From NCBI GenBank assembly GCA_964580305.1, contig CAZOKL010000001.1, positions 19,617 through 71,136 of the forward strand: DNA of 51,520 nt, in the 5' to 3' direction. This stretch comes from an uncultured Bacteroides sp. Lineage in GTDB: Bacteria > Bacteroidota > Bacteroidia > Bacteroidales > Bacteroidaceae. Below the pieces are notes generated by a model. It made no database searches. It was not told the DNA's origin and saw only the letters and a program-made list of their open reading frames with translations. A program made the position numbers and the translations under genes. This document shows positions 47,117 to 51,520 of the stretch, in pieces (the first letter of the stretch is position 1; the number at the start of each line of letters is the position of its first letter).

Positions 47117-47448
47117 TCCTTCAGGAGCTCATCAATCTTTTCCAGGTAGTCCAGTGAATCGTCAAGGAAGAAGCGCAGTTCGGGGATGATGCGCAGTTGG
47201 AAACGTACGCGGCTGCCCAACTCGTAGCGGATGTTTTTGGCGTGTGTCTTGATGTTGTTCAGAATTTCCTCACTACGGTTGGAGGGGAAGATGCTCAGGT
47301 AGGCACGAGCCACGCTCAAGTCAGGGCTGATGCGCACCACACTGACCGTAATCAATACGCCACCCATGGCTTTGGTTTCCTTTTGAAATATGTCGCTCAG
47401 TTCTTTCTGGATGAGCCGTGCGATTTTGTTTTGTCTGGTAGTATCCAT
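47113..47448 (-). CDS. rbfA: Ribosome-binding factor A
   Basis: RQNKIARLIQKELS, SPDLSVAR.Y.S, LRIIPELRFFLDDS. Confidence 0.96.
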   Translation of the reverse strand: MDTTRQNKIARLIQKELSDIFQKETKAMGGVLITVSVVRISPDLSVARAYLSIFPSNRSEEILNNIKTHAKNIRYELGSRVRFQLRIIPELRFFLDDSLDYLEKIDELLKE

Positions 47449-47472
47449 ATTAATATAAAATAGGTGTTAAGG

Positions 47473-48111
47473 TTATCGTTTCCGGATGATGGTCAGTCCG
47501 TCGCGTAGCGGGAGGATAACTTTCTCCACCCGCGTGTCGGCTGCCACAAGGTCATTGAACGCCTGTATGCCGATGGTTTGCTGGTCGGAGGAAGCTGCTT
47601 CTTTCAACACGTGGCCGTCCCACAGGGTGTTGTCTGCCAGAATGTAGCCTCCGGATGTGAGGCGTGGGAGAATCATTTCGTAGTAGTCGGTGTAGTGCCG
47701 TTTGTTCCCGTCGATGAAGGCCATATCAAAGTGCAGGTTGAGGCGGGGCACCAGCTCCAGTGCATCGCCGATGTAGAACCGAATCTTGTCAGCGCAGGGC
47801 GAGTGCTCCAGCCACGGGCGGGTGAAGTCCTCCTGTTCATCGTTGATTTCAAACGTGTGAATCATGCCTCCTTCCTCCAGTCCCTCTGCCATGCAGATGG
47901 CCGAATAGCCGCTGTAAGTGCCGATTTCCAGAATCTGCCTGGGGCGTATCATGCGGACGAACATCTTTAGCATACGTCCTTGCAGATGCCCTGAAGCCAT
48001 GCGGGGATAGAGTAGCTTCACGTGTGTGTCGCGATAGAGTGCCCGCAGATAGTCGCCTTCGTCGTCAATGTGGCTCAGGATGTAGTCATCAATGGATTCG
48101 GTCTCTTGCAT
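47473..48111 (-). CDS. SAM-dependent O-methyltransferase (CCoAOMT/TrmR-like)
   Basis: ILEIGTYSGYS, FDMAFIDGNK, ADNTLWDG, LPLRDGL. Confidence 0.9.
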   Translation of the reverse strand: MQETESIDDYILSHIDDEGDYLRALYRDTHVKLLYPRMASGHLQGRMLKMFVRMIRPRQILEIGTYSGYSAICMAEGLEEGGMIHTFEINDEQEDFTRPWLEHSPCADKIRFYIGDALELVPRLNLHFDMAFIDGNKRHYTDYYEMILPRLTSGGYILADNTLWDGHVLKEAASSDQQTIGIQAFNDLVAADTRVEKVILPLRDGLTIIRKR

Positions 48112-48129
48112 GCGAGGTCGGCCTTTGTG

Positions 48130-49602
48130 TTACAGGTAGCGGTTCCGGTTCGGGAGTATGTACTCGTCGTCTTCGGCATACTTCAACACATCGCTCACCA
48201 GATTGATTTCCAAGAAAGAGGTGTGTGTGCCTTTCTTCCCTCCACTCAGGTAAGCCACCATCTCGTTCTCACGGATGACGCCGTCGTTGAGCAGCTTGTG
48301 CAGGGCTGCGAAGTAGTAGGCTTGTCCGTTGGGCAGTTCCGGCATGTAGATGGCTTCCACGCCGTAAGACAGTGCCAGGTGGCGCATGGTTTTCTCATTA
48401 TAGCAGATGGCCAGCACGGGATATTCTCCGCGGAAAGATGCCAGATTGCGTGCCGTGTATCCGCTGAAGCTGTCGGTGATGATGGCACGGATGTTCATCT
48501 TCTCCGTGGCCTTCACGGCTTGTTTTGCCAGGAACTCGGTCACACTGCAGTCTGGGCCGAGCGGGATATGGATGTCGTTTTCCGACATTTTGTCGATTTC
48601 AGCCTGTGCCGCGATTTTGCTCATGGTCTTCACAGCTTCCACCGGGTATTTGCCGTAGGCCGTCTCACCGCTGAGCATTAGAGCGTCGGTGCGGTAATAG
48701 ATGGCATTGGCAATGTCGGTTACCTCGGCACGTGTCGGACGCGGGTTCTGAATCATCGTGTGCAACATCTGTGTGGCGACGATGACCGGCTTGCGTGCCA
48801 TCACGCACTTGCGGATGAGGATGCGCTGGATGCCCGGGATGCGTTCCTGCGGCACCTCGATGCCCAGGTCGCCGCGTGCCACCATGATGCCGTCGGCCAC
48901 TTCCAGAATCTCGTCAATGTTGTCCACGCCTTCCTGGTTCTCTATCTTGGCTATGATTTTGATGCTGCTGTGGTGTTCGTTGAGAATTTTACGTATGTCG
49001 AGCACATCCTGCTTGTTGCGCACGAAAGAGTGTGCGATGAAGTCAATGTCTTTCTCGATGGCATACAAAATGTTGTTGCGGTCTTTTTCCGTGAGCGACG
49101 GCAGGTTGATGCGCACACCCGGCACATTCACGCTCTTGTGGTTGCCCAAGGTCGCATCGTTGCGCACCTCGCATATCAGTGTGTTGGTCGTTTCGTCTTT
49201 TTCCATTACGGCCAGTTCCAGGTCGCCATCATCGATGAGGATAGTTTCGCCCACTCGCAAGTCGTTCACAAAGTGCGGATAGGAGACGGCAATGCAGTCA
49301 TGGCTTGTTTTTTCCATCGGGTCACCAATCACGGTCACTCGTTCGCCCGTATGGAAGGGGATGGGCTCTCCGTTAAGCAGGTCGGTGGTGCGCACTTCCG
49401 GGCCTTTGGTGTCCATCAGTATGGCGATGCGGTTTGAAACCTTACGCACGTTGGCTATCAGCTTCTCGAAACCTTCACGGTTGGCATGGGCTGTGTTCAT
49501 GCGCACGACATTCATGCCGGCTTCAAACAGTTGTCTTATAAAATCTTCATCGCAGCGCAAGTCGGAGATAGACGCCACGATTTTTGTTTTCTTTAGCATC
49601 AT
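48130..49602 (-). CDS. pyk: Pyruvate kinase
   Basis: KTKIVA, RMNTAH, DTKGPEVR, IAKIEN, MVARGDLGIE, ATQML, MLSGETA. Confidence 0.97.
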   Translation of the reverse strand: MMLKKTKIVASISDLRCDEDFIRQLFEAGMNVVRMNTAHANREGFEKLIANVRKVSNRIAILMDTKGPEVRTTDLLNGEPIPFHTGERVTVIGDPMEKTSHDCIAVSYPHFVNDLRVGETILIDDGDLELAVMEKDETTNTLICEVRNDATLGNHKSVNVPGVRINLPSLTEKDRNNILYAIEKDIDFIAHSFVRNKQDVLDIRKILNEHHSSIKIIAKIENQEGVDNIDEILEVADGIMVARGDLGIEVPQERIPGIQRILIRKCVMARKPVIVATQMLHTMIQNPRPTRAEVTDIANAIYYRTDALMLSGETAYGKYPVEAVKTMSKIAAQAEIDKMSENDIHIPLGPDCSVTEFLAKQAVKATEKMNIRAIITDSFSGYTARNLASFRGEYPVLAICYNEKTMRHLALSYGVEAIYMPELPNGQAYYFAALHKLLNDGVIRENEMVAYLSGGKKGTHTSFLEINLVSDVLKYAEDDEYILPNRNRYL

Positions 49603-49629
49603 AGAACTTTTAAAATATTTTTGTTGTAA

Positions 49630-50064
49630 CTATTTCTTGGTCTGGTTTGTTTGGAGCAATGCTTCCACCGCCAGGCGGTAAGAGTCAAGCCCGAAGCCGC
49701 AGATGACGCCCACGCAGGCGCATGAAATCATCGACTTGTGGCGGAATTCCTCGCGCCGGTGCACGTTTGAGATGTGTACCTCGATGACCGGTGAAGTGAT
49801 GGCGCGGATGGCATCCTGCAAGGCGATGGATGTGTGGGTGTAGGCTCCGGCATTGAGCACGATGCCGTCACAATCGAAACCCACTTCGTGAAGTTTGTTT
49901 ATCATCTCGCCCTCGACGTTCGACTGGTAGTAGGCCAGCTCAATGTCAGGATAGGCTTTGCGCAGGGTCTCCAAATAAGTATCAAACGAAACTGCGCCAT
50001 AGATGGAAGGCTCGCGTTTGCCCAGAAGGTTAATGTTGGGCCCGTTGATAATTTGTATTTTCAT
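49630..50064 (-). CDS. aroQ: Type II 3-dehydroquinate dehydratase
   Basis: NGPNINLLGKREPSIYG, QSNVEG, NAGAYTHTS, EVHISNVHRREEFRH. Confidence 0.97.
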   Translation of the reverse strand: MKIQIINGPNINLLGKREPSIYGAVSFDTYLETLRKAYPDIELAYYQSNVEGEMINKLHEVGFDCDGIVLNAGAYTHTSIALQDAIRAITSPVIEVHISNVHRREEFRHKSMISCACVGVICGFGLDSYRLAVEALLQTNQTKK

Positions 50065-50102
50065 GTCTGTAGACTTTGGAGGTTTTGTTCTATTTTTGTA
50101 GG

Positions 50103-50122
50103 TAAATTTGGGTACAAAGGTA
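50103..50122. promoter_or_regulatory. Face-to-face -7 elements of xerD (+) and aroQ (-)
   Basis: TAAATTTG on + (50103-50110) and TACCTTTG on - (50115-50122) in a 68-bp divergent gap. Confidence 0.55.
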
Positions 50123-50132
50123 GGAAAAAGAA

Positions 50133-51071
50133 ATGGAAAACAAGGAAAAATGTTTCAATAAGGAACAAAACAACACCCTTCTTAGGAAATATAAACAGTA
50201 TTTGCAACTGGAGCAATCTCTCTCACCCAATACGGTTGAAGCCTATTTGGCTGATGTGGACAAACTGATGGCCTATTTGACATTGGAGGGCGTTCAAGTG
50301 TTTGATGTCGAGCTTGACGACCTGCACAACTTCGCTGCCGGACTGAAGGACATCGGCATCCACCCGCGCTCGCAGGCACGCATCCTTTCCGGCATACGCT
50401 CATTCTACAAGTTCCTTGTGCTCGACGGCTATATGGAGGACGACCCTACGGTCTTGCTGGAGTCGCCCAAACTGGGGCTGCACTTGCCCGAAGTGTTGAC
50501 GGTGAGTGAGATTGACCGTATCATCGCTGCCGTCGACCTGTCCAAAACCGAAGGCCAGCGCAACCGTGCCATTGTCGAGACCCTTTACAGTTGCGGCCTG
50601 CGCGTGTCAGAGCTCTGTGAACTCAAGCTCTCCGGCCTGTATTTGAATGAAGGCTTCATGCGTGTGGAGGGCAAGGGCAATAAGCAACGCCTTGTCCCCG
50701 TGTCGCCCCGTGCCGTTGAGGAACTGAAACGCTATTTCGAGCAGCGTGCCGAGATGACCAACATCAAATCCGGTCATGAAGACTACGTATTCCTGAGCTT
50801 CCGGCGAGGTACCAGGTTGTCACGCATCATGGTGTTTCACTTCATCAAGGAACTGGTGGAGCTGGCCGGTGTGAAGAAGAGTGTCAGCCCGCACACGTTT
50901 CGCCACTCCTTTGCCACCCATCTGCTCGAAGGTGGAGCCAATCTGCGTGCCATCCAGCTGATGCTTGGTCACGAATCCATCGGGACGACAGAAATCTACA
51001 CGCACGTAGACCGCAACATGTTGAGAGAAGCCATCCTCGAACATCACCCTCGAAACATCAACCGTAAATGA
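50133..51071 (+). CDS. xerD: Site-specific tyrosine recombinase XerD
   Basis: LSPNTVEAY, SQARILSGIRSFY, LPEVL, LYSCGLRVSEL, GKGNKQRLVP, SPHTFRHSFATHLL, LGHESIGTTEIYTH; housekeeping context. Confidence 0.9.
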   Translation: MENKEKCFNKEQNNTLLRKYKQYLQLEQSLSPNTVEAYLADVDKLMAYLTLEGVQVFDVELDDLHNFAAGLKDIGIHPRSQARILSGIRSFYKFLVLDGYMEDDPTVLLESPKLGLHLPEVLTVSEIDRIIAAVDLSKTEGQRNRAIVETLYSCGLRVSELCELKLSGLYLNEGFMRVEGKGNKQRLVPVSPRAVEELKRYFEQRAEMTNIKSGHEDYVFLSFRRGTRLSRIMVFHFIKELVELAGVKKSVSPHTFRHSFATHLLEGGANLRAIQLMLGHESIGTTEIYTHVDRNMLREAILEHHPRNINRK

Positions 51072-51124
51072 CTTTTCGTAAAAGTATGGCAGGCGGCCAA
51101 ATCTGTCACAGAGCATGGCGTGAG

Positions 51125-51226
51125 CGGAGTAGAGGGCGCTCGAACACGGAGTAGAGAGCGGGCAAGGACGGAATAGAGGCCGCCCGAGCACGGAGTAGAG
51201 GGCGGACAAAGAGGGAGAAAAAGGCG
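51125..51226 (+). repeat. 22-bp periodic tandem array F (4 units plus degenerate fifth)
   Basis: Cores at 51125 CGGAGTAGAGGGCG, 51147 CGGAGTAGAGAGCG, 51169 CGGAATAGAGGCCG, 51191 CGGAGTAGAGGGCG, 51213 GGGAGAAAAAGGCG. Confidence 0.93.
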
Positions 51227-51394
51227 GCTCGCGCCCCCTTTCGATGGGTGCACAGACGCTGTTCGGACGAGTTCGGCAGCAATGTTTTTCCTTCGCCTGT
51301 GCGTCAAGAGGAGAGGCATTCTTTCAGAGGTCTGTTTGAATGTATAATTATGGAATAATTTCTTTTACTATTAAGGGCATTACAAGAAAAATAT

Positions 51395-51520
51395 TAAATT
51401 TGCAATGTCCGTATCCGGTGCTGGAAGCCCTGTTGGGCAGAGGTTGGGCGGACACATATATACATAAGGCGTAACTGTACGCTTTGGTTTTGACGATAGA
51501 AGAACTTCGCAAATTCATCG
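51395..51520 (+). promoter_or_regulatory. Promoter and structured 5' leader (or small RNA) running off the window end
   Basis: TAAATTTG at 51395-51402, then TGTCCGT/GCGGACA stem enclosing GCCC-TGTT-GGGC, and AAGGCGTA-ACTG-TACGCTTT hairpin. Confidence 0.4.

Noticed and set aside
50133-51071. Tyrosine recombinase as integrase of a mobile element or of the arrays
   Set aside because: Length and motifs fit housekeeping XerD beside aroQ-pyk; no att sites or cargo; only one of six arrays is adjacent.
51125-51226. 22-bp arrays as CRISPR arrays
   Set aside because: Repeats are only 14 nt and degenerate, linkers only 8 nt, four units per array, no cas genes in the window.

Overview
Chromosomal window from a Bacteroidales bacterium (Bacteroides/Prevotella-like; repeated TAnnTTTG -7 promoter elements, SusC/SusD pair, Bacteroides-type gene order). 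Left to right: 3' end of rnr; a minus-strand operon (membrane polyferredoxin with an internal twin-arginine motif, Tat-lipoprotein aldo/keto reductase, DUF1893-like protein, ECF S component, tatA, tatC); a pectin-type PUL (two PL1-like lyases, SusC, SusD, FN3/beta-helix lipoprotein) whose two promoters share an operator motif; housekeeping genes; a SusD-less TonB-dependent receptor plus secreted metallophosphatase behind an 11-bp-periodic Pho-box-like array; a truncated dcw cluster (rsmH-ftsL-ftsI-murE-mraY-murD-ftsW, no mraZ, no murG-ftsZ); glycine-lipid acyltransferases, dgt, dut, TPR/DUF4292/EnvC-like genes, permease, rbfA, methyltransferase, pyk, aroQ and xerD. The most striking unexplained structure is six intergenic arrays, each of four (sometimes a degenerate fifth) units at an exact 22-bp period, core CGGA(AAG/GTA/ATA)GAGGGCG plus an 8-nt variable linker, all on the + strand regardless of flanking gene orientation. 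No transposase, prophage, CRISPR, rRNA or tRNA was seen. Family assignments are from motif recognition and recall, not database searches.
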